From Gnetum montanum (Eukaryota; Plantae; Gnetophyta), in contig MNCI01003051.1 of assembly GCA_015680685.1 (NCBI GenBank), positions 319,984 through 383,983 of the forward strand: 64,000 nt of DNA, in the 5' to 3' direction. Within the stretch, counting starts at the first letter, position 1. Every line of letters begins with the position of its first letter. Positions 1 to 13,690 of this stretch are shown in pieces. Position numbers and translations under genes: made by a program. The notes under the pieces are model-generated. The model saw only the letters and a list, made by a program, of their open reading frames with translations. It was not told the DNA's origin and did no database searches.

Positions 1-2375
1 GCCACCAATTGTTCCCAAGGGATTTGCATCACAGTATCAACCCACAAATGTTACTTGTGCTTCTACTATTAACCGCAGTGTGAATCCTCTACAACATCGA
101 AGGCATCCCTTCTTTAGACATGACCATAGAAAGGAACACCACAGCTCAAAAACCACTACATCTGCCAACTCAGCACAAGTCCAACACTGTGGTGCAACTC
201 CCTCCTCGAACCCAACGCCTCGTGTTACTTTCTTTGGGCCATCAACCACTACTCCAACAACCATGGGACCGAATGAATATAACCACTGAGGAAGACAAAT
301 TGATCCTTGCATACCATCTTACGGTCAAGGGTATCATAGTGGGTCAACCACTCATCAGTTAACTACATCTTATAAATTGCCCCACTATGCTTACTATAAT
401 CAAGTGTGTGAACCCCAATCGGGTAAGTATGACCAAGTCCCAATGTTTCCAACATGCAAGGATCCCAACCTTTCATTTATTAATTTTAGCCATGCTCAAT
501 CATTTAGTTATGGGGGGTATCCTCCATTCTAACAACAGTGGATTTAATAAATGTTTTTCTCTTTTTTAATTTTACAATTTTTAATTTTCCAATTTTTCAT
601 CTTTCAGTTTATTGTTTTGTCTTTTTGCCTTTTTATATTTTTATCTTTTTATGAGTAATCTCATCTATGAATAAAGCACTCATGTGACTCGTTGGTTGAG
701 GTTTTGTTCTCTGCTATTAAGTGTCGAGTGACTGATTACTTGGATAGCGAGCCCATCACATCCATCCACCCATTCTACCCTGGGTACAATGATATTCTTA
801 ATCATTAAAACTTAAAGTAACCTGGTGTTATCATACCCAGAGTGAAGAAGGATGGACTAAGTGGGAATGGCCAAGGTGTGACATCAAGGGGACTTGTGGA
901 TTCTCTTTGGTGACATCTGTAGGAGTTATCATGTAGCTTTGTTGTACTAAGATCCTTGTAGATCTAATAAAAAATGGGAGTAAGAGTAATCAAAAGGCAC
1001 TCAATCATAGAAACTCAATGCTATAGAAATACATGCACCCATGCTCGAAGGTAGGCGACTTATCTGAATTAAGCATTCAAAAAAAAAGAGAGTGTGTGTG
1101 CCAAAGTGGCCACACAAAAAAAGAACAAAGGAAAAAAAACATGTATGCCACAAANTAGAAACTCAATGCTATCCTAGTGGGTTCCAATAGAAATACATGC
1201 ACCCATGCTCGAAGGTAGGCGACTTATCTGAATTAAGCATTCAAAAAAAAAGAGAGTGTGTGTGCCAAAGTGGCCACACAAAAAAAGAACAAAGGAAAAA
1301 AAACATGTATGCCACAAAGCAAAAATCACTCCTCCCTTGGACGAAACCCCAAGTGACCGTACGCCTTGCTGTCATGATGCTCTTATGGTTGTCTATCATG
1401 GGATGAAACAATGCAATGTCACTAATCGGAGGAATGGACTTGGTCTTGATTTTGGAGTGACGGGCGAATGACACACTAATCATGCCTGACACATAGGATT
1501 CATTATGCCCTTAGTTAGTTACCTCATGTCCCAATCTCTGCAATCCCTTCTACAATTCATCTCATCTCGCTATTTATGAATTTGTGACTCATGTCTTATG
1601 TAGCATTGAATTCATACCTCATCATGGTGGTATCTACATGTGTGTGTTTTGTGGAACTAGTGTGGATTACATTTAANNNNNNNNNNNNNNNNNNNNNNNN
1701 NNNNNNNNNNNNNNNNNNNNNNNNNNNNNNNNNNNNNNNNNNNNNNNNNNNNNNNNNNNNNNNNNNNNNNNNNNNNNNNNNNNNNNNNNNNNNNNNNNNN
1801 NNNNNNNNNNNNNNNNNNNNNNNNNNNNNNNNNNNNNNNNNNNNNNNNNNNNNNNNNNNNNNNNNNNNNNNNNNNNNNNNNNNNNNNNNNNNNNNNNNNN
1901 NNNNNNNNNNNNNNNNNNNNNNNNNNNNNNNNNNNNNNNNNNNNNNNNNNNNNNNNNNNNNNNNNNNNNNNNNNNNNNNNNNNNNNNNNNNNNNNNNNNN
2001 NNNNNNNNNNNNNNNNNNNNNNNNNNNNNNNNNNNNNNNNNNNNNNNNNNNNNNNNNNNNNNNNNNNNNNNNNNNNNNNNNNNNNNNNNNNNNNNNNNNN
2101 NNNNNNNNNNNNNNNNNNNNNNNNNNNNNNNNNNNNNNNNNNNNNNNNNNNNNNNNNNNNNNNNNNNNNNNNNNNNNNNNNNNNNNNNNNNNNNNNNNNN
2201 NNNNNNNNNNNNNNNNNNNNNNNNNNNNNNNNNNNNNNNNNNNNNNNNNNNNNNNNNNNNNNNNNNNNNNNNNNNNNNNNNNNNNNNNNNNNNNNNNNNN
2301 NNNNNNNNNNNNNNNNNNNNNNNATTGAACTTTTTTCAATAACCTTACTAACAATTAATCTTTGTGTGATTATAG

Positions 2376-2796
2376 ATGGCCCCTAAAAGAAGACAACAAG
2401 GAGGACCTTCTCAAGGTGTAATCGAATGACCAGGGGGAGGTAGAGGTCAAGGAACTCATGCAGAGTAGAAGGCACAATCATTCAACATCTATCATGGAAC
2501 TCCTATTACTACATAATCTATCCAAGCAAAAGGAGGAGAGGTTAGGGCCCAAGCCTATGAAGAGGAACGATAGCTATTTGCAGCATGGCATGTTAAGGCC
2601 AATCAAGTGTTCCTGTTTCTTTCGTGTTCATGGAAAGTGCTGACTCCATCAAACATCAGCATGGATAGCTCATAATCCATGGATAGAAGAGAAGAAATAT
2701 CAAGCGCTTCTTTAACAATATCAATCTCAGAAGCCTAGCACGCAGAACAAAAGAAAGGCACCCATGGAGGAGCCACCACTACCAAGAACCCCATGA
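2376..2796 (+). pseudogene. Internally deleted accessory (env-like position) ORF of element A, MAPKRRQQGGPSQG...
   Basis: N-terminus matches 39823 onward and C-terminus matches about 42460-42619, with the middle missing; preceded by ctaac...gattatag|ATG. Confidence 0.75.
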
Positions 2797-2970
2797 GTTC
2801 TACAAGTTTTGTCTTTTGTGTCTGTGTCCAAATTTTGTTTAATTCTCCACTGTGACATCAATAAATTCCTAGTCAGTCAATAATCCCATAACTATCTACT
2901 GTGTAATCAATTGAACTTGTTCCTCACTTTCTTTGACTTGAGGATGAGTTGTTATTCAGTCGTGGGGGTA

Positions 2971-3921
2971 TGATGAATCATGGTCTATCAGGTCCTGTTA
3001 TCAGACCCCTATTGTCTAATGGGCCCCAATATCAGACCCTCGATATCAGGTACACAATATCAAGGCTACCAAGCGATATCAAACATCCAATATCAGGTCC
3101 TATCTCATTGCCTATAAATAAGAGGCAGCGCACTTGGTTTTGGCATTAGTTCTTAGTCCCTTACCCAAACTCTTGCAATTTTTCCTTCTTAGAGTTAGAA
3201 TTATTTCTCAATGCATGCCCACAGTGTGATGATTGTAATTGTATGGCATCCTTTATTCGAGTGTGACGTACTTGGACACGTACATGACTGGAAAGTAAGA
3301 TTGAGATTACTTCATCATTGCAGCATTCACTTAGTTNCGAAAGTAAGATTGAGATTACTTCATCATTGCAGCATTCACTTAGTTTAATCATTTAATTGTT
3401 ATTGTTATTTATTGCTTCAATAGTTAATATCTCTTCATCCTAAACTCCTTAAATGTGGAATGAGTACGACTTAATCACGAGCAATTAAGTGTGACTACTT
3501 GGTAACCCAGTAGCGTACCTAGGATCTACGCTTGGTAATCCCAATGGTAGTTGTGCACGAGGTCCAAGATGTGCACACATGATTAAGGAATGGATGCTCA
3601 TTGCACTTAGGATAGCTTAGACTCTCTTCCCCTATCTCCTCTTAGTATAACTCTCTCTCTCCCTTTTCCCTCCTAGCTTAGCTAAAATTATTTTCCATTG
3701 CCTCTAGGAGTAGCATTAGTTTAGGAACACATCATACACCTCACTCTAGACTAAACCATATGTGACAAAGCAAATACTAGTCTAGGTGGGAAGACAGCGA
3801 ACTACGATTAATGAGTAACTATCTAGATACCACAATTAGCTTGTCTACAGAGTTCGACCAGATCGTGCGTGAAACACTCATATTCATATGGTTGAGTGTA
3901 GGGGTACCTCGCCACTCATCA
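2971..3921 (+). repeat. 3' LTR of element A (TGATGA...TCATCA)
   Basis: Inverted termini, TATA (cctataaata, about 3111), collinear with LTRs at 36983, 42808 and 48478. Confidence 0.92.
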
Positions 3922-5118
3922 CAAGGCTTGACTACTACTCAAAAGGATGCTGTGTGAAAATGATCAAAGAAATATGTCATCATAGGCAATAACACATTAT
4001 GTCGACAGTCCTATGATGGAATATTACTAAAATGCTTAGGTAAAACCAAACTTGGAATAGTCTTAGAGGAGGTTCATGAGGGTGCTTATGGAGGACATAT
4101 AGGACCTAAAGTTATGGCTGCTAAGATTAGACAATTAGGCTACTACTAGCCCCATATGGAAAGTGACTACATGCAAAAGGTTAAGATATGTGACACATGC
4201 CAATGGAATTGTAACCTAATACACGTATCATCGACTAGGTTGCACACTACTCAAATCACTTGGTTGTTTCAATGATGGGGTTTAGATATCATTGGACCTA
4301 TAATGCCTAAGTCTTTGTCAGGACATAGCTTCATCATCAATGTAACCAAATGCTTTATCAAGTGAGTTGAGGTTATTTCCCTATGAAAGAATACATCCGA
4401 CCAATTTTTCAAGTTTATCCTAGATAACATTATAGCCTATTTTGGCATACCCATGACCATATTTACAAACAATGGACTACAATTTAGTAACCATGAAATG
4501 AAAGATTTCTATTACAACATATTCATTAAGCATTCGTTTTCATCACCTTATTACCCTCAAGCTAATGGACAAGTAGAGGCTAGTAACAAAACCATCATTA
4601 GCTTACTTTAAGAGATGCTTAACAATAGCAAGTGCAAATGGCATGAGCTGCTTGTTCATGCACTTTAGCCCTACAAAATGACCTATTACATGGTAACTGG
4701 TGTAACCCCTTATAACTTGTTCTATGGTTCTAAAGTTATTTTACCTCTTGAATTGTAGGTGTTGTCACTCCCAATAGCCTTGACCAACTTCATCAATGAT
4801 GAGCAGAACAAGGAATTGTGGACAACAACTATAGACTTGGTGGAGAAGTAGCATATGCAAGCGATTACTCACATTGAACACTATAAAGAGAGGTAAATAC
4901 AACAACACCATCGTAACTTGACAAAGCATAAGATCAAGAAGGGTGACCTAGTCCTCAAAGCTATCCACAAACATGCACATAAATTCTTAGGCAACTGGGA
5001 AGGGCCCTTCCTTGTCACTAAAGCCTACGGTAATGAAGCATTCAGGATAGCCGACATGGATGGAAATGAGTTGGCCAATTCGATTAATCATTCCTATTTA
5101 AGGCCATATTACATGTAG
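3922..5118 (+). pseudogene. Degenerate gypsy integrase (HHCC, core, GPF/Y tail), Tat-like
   Basis: EVHEGAYGGH..GYY*PHM..CDTCQ; *GLDIIGPI; FSSPYYPQANGQVEASNK; KKGDLVLK..NWEGPF..INHSYLRPYY; many stops. Confidence 0.92.
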
Positions 5119-6331
5119 CCAATGATCATCAACAAGTGACCCTACTTCACTATAGCTCATCAAGGCCTAAAACTAGTGACATGGCCTACTGAGGTCTTAA
5201 ACTAGCACCACGGTCTGCTATGACTTTAAACTGATACCATGGCCCATCACGACCCTAAACTAGCAACATTGGTGACCTAGGTAGCTTGGTTTTATGTGGC
5301 CTATACATACTATAATGTTATAACATGTTCTATTTACTTGGTTTTCTTATCCTCTTGGAGTTGTGTTGGTTGAAGCTCGAGGCCATTGCAAGGGTGCAAG
5401 TCAGCATGGTAGCAAGTCCACTTGAGGGTAACATAGTTCATTTAGTGGAAAATCACTAAGTCCATCGAATGTAATGCATCTCGTTTAATGGAAAAACCAT
5501 CAAGTTTGTTGGGTGTAACACAACTCACTCAATAGGAAAACCATGTCAAATTGACTCTAATAATGAAACCCAATGAAGGTTTATTAAAAAAAGAGGAGGG
5601 AGAAGCAAATTTCCAAGAAGCTAAATGGCCAATGAAGCCTTAAAGTCAAATGGCCAAAGTAACCTTGGAGTGAAGTGATTAGGTCCTCAAATGCGTTTGC
5701 TAAGTGACCAAGACTTCAAAACATGTCAATACCATGTTGTAGCCTTGATGTCAACACTTGGAACACATTGTTAGCCTTCATGAACATCTTGTTGCAACCT
5801 TAACATTATCATCTCATCATCACAACCTTATCCCATCATCACAAGCACTCTTTAGCATGGTTCAACACGACTGGATTAAACATAGAGAGGGAACGTCGAT
5901 GGTGGACTTGTAGTGGTGTTTTGTATTCTTTGTTAGTTCCTCTTGAGTCAATCCTTCAAACACCAACAAAGAGACACCATTGAAACACCATAAAAATTTG
6001 CATGTTATAACCAATTTTCATCATGTAGCCTTCACCCCATGAAACTTGAGGGAAAACTTCATTGTAAATGTGAAGATTGTAATCCATAGAAGGCAATTTC
6101 ACATAATTCATACTTTTGGGATTGAAAAATGCCTCATAAGTGGTCAAAGTCTCATTCCCCCAGTGAAAAAAGTGACCTAGTGTCTATATTTAGGCTTAGA
6201 AGGGTGGGGTGTCAAAATGGCAACTTGATGGATTTTATAAACTTTTCTATGCTAGAAACACCTTTAAGAGGTAAATCTCACCTACCCCCAGCACGGAAGG
6301 GTGGGGGCTTCCTCCTCAGCATGGAAATTTC

Positions 6332-6412
<81 letters not shown>

Positions 6413-7832
6413 ACCNTGGAGGCTCTACCCTCAGTGTGGAAACTACATACCGACAGTGTGGAAGCAACATGAGCAAGATTTCTATACTCCATTGGCTTCA
6501 AGGTTGACCAACCACTTTGACAAGGATGGTAGAAGGCTTAGTGTGGAAGATCTATCTCCAACGTAGAAGGTATTGTCACATTACTATTTATAGTAAATGG
6601 AATGGCCATGGGGGATGACACTTACTATACATAGTAACCCCACAAATTGGGGCACACATCTTAGCAGTACGAGGCAAAAATTTGCAGCTAATCTGTAGAA
6701 AAAATCATGGTCTAAAACCTATAAAACCAAAACCCCAACACCCCTTTTAGATTCCACATTTTGGCATTTTCAAGCACATAGCAATTTTGGCCTTAAAGAG
6801 CTCTTACAACCTTGCGAAAACGTAGCCTCTTGGAGCCTCCTAGCATGGAACCCTTGCAACCTTTGTTGCCCCCTTGAGACTTGTGGATTTTTCATGCCAA
6901 CAATGCATTTTTGAGATCCCCAACCCCCAACATGGAGCAATCTAGTGGCCAAAATTTCCACTTTTCTGATCCTCCAATGGTGACCCAAGTTGCAGATTTG
7001 AAGTTGTAGTAGAGGAGGTTTGAAAGCATTAGGAGTGGCTGAGCATCTGGATCATGGAGCAAACCACATTGACTTCAACAGGCTTTGAACTCCTACTCCA
7101 ACGAACCCCCTTTGCTCTCTTACAGGCATTTCTTATACACATTTTTAGAACTCACGCTTTATTTTTTTAATAAAGTTTTAAAGTTCCATTTTACATTTGC
7201 TTTCTGTTTCCAAATTTGTAATTTTTTGTACTTTATTTTCTTAACCCCCCATTTTGCATGTGATAAGTCCCTAGGTAATCTACTAGACCATCCAAGACAC
7301 CTAAAATCCCATTTTCAGAGGCCCTAGGGATTCAAGGTTAAGGTTGCTACACTGGATCTTTTGGTTTTCTAGTGATTAAATTTTCCGATTGCAACAGCGA
7401 TGGAGACTTGGCCATTTTTTCACATTTGCCATTCAACACCAACAGAGTTTTTGCTGTTCTCAGAGCCCAAAGCCTTCATAAGCCAATAACTTGCAAAATA
7501 CTTATCCAATTCACTCCATTCTTCAATCCTGCAGCTACAAGAGATGAGCTTTATGTCATGGGGGCCATAAACTATAGGTTTTCAACAACAAAAATTTCAA
7601 AATTTATCTAACTCATACAAGGTTTAACTAGTAAAATACTATTAAAAATTACTAATTCATGCAAGTTAAGCCTCACAATAAACTCTGGCAACTATCAAAC
7701 TAAAATAATATTAAAATAATTAATTCACCATAATCACAGCTTAACCTAAGTATAATTGATCAAAGGAGACAAGGTGTTAAGTGTTCTAAGTTACACATCA
7801 AATGCTAATCCTTGGCCATGTTGTGATTACAA

Positions 7833-10087
7833 ATGGCACCAATACCTAAGAGACCATAGGAAGGAGGTCCATCCCAACAAAGGGATAAGCGAACTAGAGG
7901 AGGAAGGGACCAACAACAACCCCAAGAGAAAGCAATAGAGACACATGCAACAGGACCTCTTTGGGAGGAGCCTAAAGTGGAATCTATCTAAGAGATTCCC
8001 ATAGCTGAGACTACGCAATCACAACGAGACAAGGTACCTAGCCCCAAACCAAACTTGGAAGTCACTTTGACTTATTCTTGCTTGAGGAAAATCAACACTA
8101 AGGAGGTTAAAAGTTCGATTCTTCAAGAACTTAACTTTGGACCTTTCTTAGACTTGGCACTAGAAGAGGTCAGAACACAATTGCAAACATCTCTCATGTG
8201 GTCTATCTTCACTTCCAGTGGGGAATGGTACATGGGGAAAACATACCTCTTTTGGAACAGCAGGTAGGCTGATGCCATGATGAAAATAAAGAACATCAAT
8301 GTGTGGTGGTGACCCATCAGTCTATCGATCAACTATGAGTCATTTGAATGAGGTAATCAGAACCATTAATTGGCTAGAGGAGGTTGTGTCATTTTTTTCT
8401 GTCCAAAGGATGTATGTGCCCACAAGGTCAAATCCTAGTGCCCGAGAAGTGACAGTGTCCCTCTCAAGACAACAACAATTCCTAAAAATTTCTAGGAATG
8501 TCACTACTTTCTTGGTGCACTTGGAGAAGGGTAAGGGAGCAATTGTCTTAGTGATGCAACACCAAGGGTAGGAGACAACAACAAAGGTGGTGGCTAACTG
8601 TGTGGTAGAAGCTTTGAATGCTCATGTGGCCTTTCTGCTAGATATCGCTGCACTCAGGGATGTGTAGATGTTTGTAGGAGCAACTAGTGGAAGGTTTAGC
8701 ATAGCCCAAAACGAGTAGGTGTTGGACCAACTAGTCAAAACTGGGGCAATTGCTTCTAGAGGTCTTTGACCTCCTAGATAACATCATTACCACCTAGTTG
8801 ACACTATTGGAAGACAGGCGCAAGCTTATCATTGTCAACGCCTAACTTGAGGTAGCTATATCTAATAATTAATGATTGGTTGCTGAGGTTGCAGAGTTGA
8901 AAGCTTGACTAGCTAATCTTGCCATTTTCAGCTAGACCATAACAAGAGATGAAGCTTTCCTATAGCTTCAAAACAAATTGAGAGAGGCTGATAATGCAAA
9001 GAAGACAATAGTCTTTAACACATCCCTCTTAGAGGCCACTGCCTACAACATCAAGAGGGACTTGTCAAAATTCCGCAAGGAGAATGTGATTTTGACCAAA
9101 GAAAAGTATCACCTGCGGGATGTCAAAACCCAAAAGGACCAAATGGTAGAATCTGTGTGACAGTAGCAAGAGGAGCTTGCCAAGGTAACCATGGATTTGA
9201 GGAGGTTGACTATTGAGAATCATAATCTCTCGATGGAGGAGGTTTATGTTCTTCACCAAAAAATAATAATTGAGATAGTTGCCTAGAAAAACAAGGCCCT
9301 AAAATTTGAATGGATGAAAAATCATTATAGGGACTAGGTTGGACTCCTCAAGGAGATGAATGAAAAAGAAACTCAATTGGCAAAGGCAAAAGTGAATGAG
9401 GCCCTCCAGTAACTCCAACAAAGAGGTGACATGTGGCAACCCATCTTTAATGGACTCAACACGTATAACAAAGCTGAAATTTGCCTCAAGGAGTTGCAGA
9501 TCAAGGAGATGATGGAGTACATGGAGCTAGCCAACCTATAATATGCAAACTTGATAGTGCTAATTGTCGAAAGGCCAAGGTTAGAACTCGAGAAGCAAGT
9601 GGACAACTCTTACCTCTTGTATGAGGCAAAGTTCAAGCACCATAAAGAAACGAAACAAAAGTTACAAATAGTTGATGCCAAGCTTAAAGTTCTCCGCACG
9701 TGCTTCACAAATCAACAATCGGTTATAGTGAACATGGCCAAGAGAATGAATAACTAGCAAGAGCTACAAAACATTATTAGAGTATTTGACATCAAACATA
9801 AACAATTTGCTACCTAGTTTATGAACGTTAAGGAGCTATTCTTAGTCATGCCTTGTCTATGAGATGTCCTCGTACTAGCTCACATCGACGATGCTGCGTG
9901 TACTGTGTATGATCCCTAGACTAAGGAGGAGAAGATGAAAGCGTTGCTAGATGCTTTTCATCTTTCACCAGAAGTCACAGTTGCAACAGGATAGCTGCAA
10001 CCACCTCAGTCTCAATCACCACATGCACTAGAGATAGGGGAAGGTCTTTTAGCACCTTAGGAGCCTCCACCTCTTGGGATCATTTGA
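7833..10087 (+). pseudogene. Degenerate accessory ORF of element B (basic N-terminus, ELNFGPF block, long coiled coil)
   Basis: ELNFGPFLDLALEEVRTQLQTSLMW and MELANL*YANLIVLIVERPRLELEKQV align by eye with element C's ELNFGPFTEFAPELVKDQLKGSPLW and MELANLQYAILVMLIVGCLRTKLEK*V. Confidence 0.8.
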
Positions 10088-10329
10088 TCTTATTCTTGTC
10101 TTTGGTAGTCTAAGGAGTTCTAGTTGTCAGTTTTTGTAAAGGTGTTCAATTTTGTTTTTATGAACACACCCTTTTTGTAAATATTGTCAATCCATGTACT
10201 TGGGCACTTAGCGTCAGTTTTTTTGAGTCAATTAGTTAGTTGATGGTTTCGTACCTTCCAAAATTTTCTAAGAAGCTCAATCCTCCTTTTGTTCACTCAA
10301 GGATGAGTTTTTAATCAATTGTGTGGGTA

Positions 10330-11138
10330 TGATAAATCATCTTCGATGGGCTACATCAATGCATCTCTGTCGACACATGATCTAATGCATTGACATGGTG
10401 TCTAAGTCTGCCTATATAAATGCATGCATCCACCATGTTTCGGGGATTGGTTATTCGATAGCTTAGGGAAGTTCTTGTAGTTTGTTTCCATAGTAAGAAT
10501 ATTTTCTAACTACCCATAGTAAGAGTTAAGAAGTGTATAGATCCTTATTTGAGCACTGATGTACTTGGACACTTCGCTGTGACAACAATAAAGGTGAACT
10601 TCTTGAAATATCTTACAAAATTTGGAAATAGCTTAATGTTTACTTTAATGCACTTTATTATTCATGCAATTTATTTCTTTGTCTTTAGTTAATTAAATAA
10701 AGATTAATTAATACACATAAGTATGACCACCTCGAACATAGCGTTAACACTTGGTAATCCTAGTAGTGCTGGCACTTGCTAATCCAACAACGTTATAACA
10801 TGTTCAGGATATGTACAGCAAGTGGGATCAGATTCTTGTGTTAGGGAATAGCTTAAGGCATTGGTTAGTTTACTAGATTAATTAATACTTAATTACCTTG
10901 TTTTACACTTAGGTTGAAATAGATAAAAATATAAAATATACAAATCATGTGCCTTGGTTACACTTAACTATACGCTTGTACTTGCACAAGTGGAACTAAG
11001 AAGACAACGATCGTATCCTTAGGTTCACCACCTAGATATTGTGCATATAGAAGACTAAAGTCTATGGAATTTGTCCAAATCGTTAGTGAATGCTTGTAAT
11101 TCATATGGTTGGACATAAGGGGTACTTGTTGCTCATCA
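10330..11138 (+). repeat. 3' LTR of element B (TGATAA...TCATCA)
   Basis: Follows the PPT; TATA cctatataaa at about 10411; homologous to the minus-strand LTR at 62875-63686. Confidence 0.85.
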
Positions 11139-11254
11139 TCTATGATATAATTAATTTATAGGGGATGCATTTTTTTCAATTTCAAACACATTGTTTGGTT
11201 ATGAGCTTATATTTTATTTTATTTTCCAACTTTCACCTACTCAAAACTTTGTTA

Positions 11255-13690
11255 TGCCCAAACAAATTATCAGTGTTCTGAAATCAAGGTTGCTGTGTTT
11301 AGCCTGGCCAATGATAAAGCCCCTGGTTTTGATGGCATCCCCATTGAGTTTTTTAAGAATCATTGGGATATTGTGGGTTCAGACCTCTCTTATGTTTTTG
11401 CAGAAACCATAAATCAACAGTCTCTCGGTCCTGAGTTAAATAGAGGTGTCATCCGTCTTATTCCTAAAACAGGTGATCCTTCATTGATTGGTAACTGGCG
11501 TCCTATCACTCTCCTTAACTCTGTTTACAAGATTTTGGCTAAATGTCTTGCTAATAGACTGAAGCTAATTATCCCTCAGATCATTACCCCAATGCAAACA
11601 GGCTTTGTTAAGGGTAGGTATATTCTTGATAATGTTGTTGCGGCTTGGGAAGGTATGCAATGGGCCGAGGACTCCAATCAAAACATTGCTTTTCTTAAGC
11701 TTGATTATGCTAAAGCGTATGACAAAATTGAGTGGAAATTTGTTATTGCTTGCCTTCATAAATATGGTTTTCACATTAATTTTATTAAAATGGTGGAGAC
11801 TCTTTTTGTCGACGCCAATGCCCTTATGGCTACTAGCGCTGGCTTAACTAATTGCTTCAAGCTTAAGCGCTCTGTTAGGCAAGGTTGTCCTCTTGCTCCT
11901 TACCTCTTCATTCTTGCTGCAGACTTTTTGTGTCATGTTATTCATAAGGATAAGGAACAAAATTTGCTTCAAGGTATTTTCATTGATCATAATGTTCCTT
12001 CCTTATTGAATATGCATTTTGCTGATGACTCATTCTTTATGATAAAAAATGATGCTCTTATTGCTGATCATCTTTTTTATCACTTTGATCAATATTGTAG
12101 ACTCTCTGGCTCTCAGATTAATTGGTTCAAATCTTCTATCTTTTGCAACAAAGAGGTTCAGGCCTAGGCGTTGTCTAAGTCTTGGCAATTTTTAGAAAAG
12201 GATCAAGTTTTTAAGCTTCTTGGCATTCCCTTTTCTTTTGGCGGATCATCCAAAACATTATGGGATGTCACTGTGAAGAAACTTGAACAAAAGCTTATTA
12301 AGTGGAAGGAAAAGAAGCTATCTATGGCTAGTAAATTTATTGTCTGCAAACATATTCTCCAAGCTACCCATGTGTATTTCTCTTCTTGTTGGGCTCCTAG
12401 CATCTCTGCTTATCGTTGCATTAATCAACTAGTCAAACACTTTCTTTGGAACAGTAGCCATACTAAGAAAGGATTTTGTCGGGTTGCTTGGAACGTTTGT
12501 ACTTCTCATAAAGAGGACGACGATTTGGGCCTCATTAATTGCTACAAACAGGGCATTGTGTTATGTGCCAAATGGATGGCCAAATGCTTATCTGGCTCTG
12601 AACCTTGGAAGCTTCTTTTCCTTAAACGCATACAGCTTGGGAAGCCCAAAGGTAGTAATTATTGGAATAATACTCATTTCCTTAACTGGATTCTTTTTCC
12701 CACTGGTATTACCATTTCTGGTTCTGTTGTCATCAAACACATTTGGAAGGCATGGTGTTATATCAGTCAGTTTTGGAACTTTAACACTATCACTATTTCT
12801 TCCTCTACACTTGATAAGCTTTCTCCTTGGTGGATTCCCATTCACAATGAACCTTGGGCCATTAAGCGTCCTCGTCTATGTAGCACTTGGGATAAGCTTG
12901 GCATCTCCTCCCTCTCCTCTCTTCGCATTCATAATCGTTGGATTACTTGGACTGAATGTCACCTTATTTACGGTATTAATGCTGCTCAAAAGTCTACCTT
13001 TTGTACGATTTTGGATAGCTTGAACAAAAGTGTTGTTATTCAAGACTCCCTTGGTGGTTTTTTAGATCTTTCTTGGATTTCTGGTCATCAAGTTTTTCCC
13101 TATCATTCTAAGATTGTTTACTCTCTTATTAATTCCACTACTAATATTTGGCCTAGATTCAACCATCTTTGGCAAGTTAATCTTAATGTGCAGGTTTGGA
13201 AGCAACGTATTCAGACTATTTGGACTACTCCTACTTCTTCAAAGATTCAACATTTTCTGTGGTATCTGATTCACCAAGGTCTTCCTGTGGGTGTTCGGCG
13301 CTCTCATCTGGGGGTTCCTGACCCGCGATGTCCTATTTGTCACAGGGAAGATGCTTTTACTCATTGTTTTTTTTCTTGTCCCCTTGCTCATAGCTCTTGG
13401 ATTTGGTGTGGCAGGTTTCTACAGGGTTTTCGACCAAGCTTGGATGAGGTTCTTTTTAGTGACACTCCGCATCTTCAAGGCTCTTTGATTTATATCTGGT
13501 GTCGCCTTCGTCCCCTTATTCTCCATGCTATCTGAAAATTTCGTTGTAATGTGGTTTTTCAACGTGATTCTCCTACTAATATTCTCTCCTTGTCTATTCA
13601 AGGAGACATTGTTCAACAGCTAATGCTACAGTTGAGCTCTTGAACTTTTTCTCTCCTGTTTTTCCTAATTTCTTGTAGTTTCTCCTCTTT
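11255..13690 (+). mobile_element. 5'-truncated L1-clade LINE: ORF2 RT plus C-terminal CCHC zinc finger
   Basis: KAPGFDG, NWRPITLLN, LKLDYAKAYD, RQGCPLAPYLF, HFADD, CPIC..H..C; single frame with only two stops (TAG 12165, TGA 13533), both at probable TGG codons; 3' boundary approximate. Confidence 0.95.

Larger units (their letters stand above)
1..3921 (+). mobile_element. 3' part of an Athila-like Ty3/gypsy LTR element (element A), inserted into the pol of element B; 5' end outside the window
   Basis: PPT cagtcgtgggggta at 2957-2970 directly precedes an LTR; the accessory ORF remnant and LTR are homologous to element C (36983-43671); integrase coding sequence of another element starts right after 3921. 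Confidence 0.85.
3922..11138 (+). mobile_element. 3' part of a Tat/Ogre-type Ty3/gypsy element (element B): integrase, long 3' region with accessory ORF, PPT, 3' LTR
   Basis: Integrase motifs, then about 5 kb of 3' region, PPT gtgtgggta at 10321-10329, and LTR 10330-11138. Confidence 0.85.

Noticed and set aside
1008-1318. About 150-bp exact duplication
   Set aside because: The junction carries a single 'n' (1155), typical of a contig-overlap artefact
1591-2354. Long ORFs in the track, also at 29009-30116 and 48979-49167
   Set aside because: They only run through N-gaps
3290-3385. 48-bp exact duplication inside the LTR
   Set aside because: 'n' at the junction (3337) and absent from sister LTRs
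6334-6416. About 80-nt poly-C tract producing poly-Pro/poly-Gly ORFs
   Set aside because: Homopolymer next to an 'n'; the length is probably a sequencing or gap-fill artefact and the ORFs are spurious
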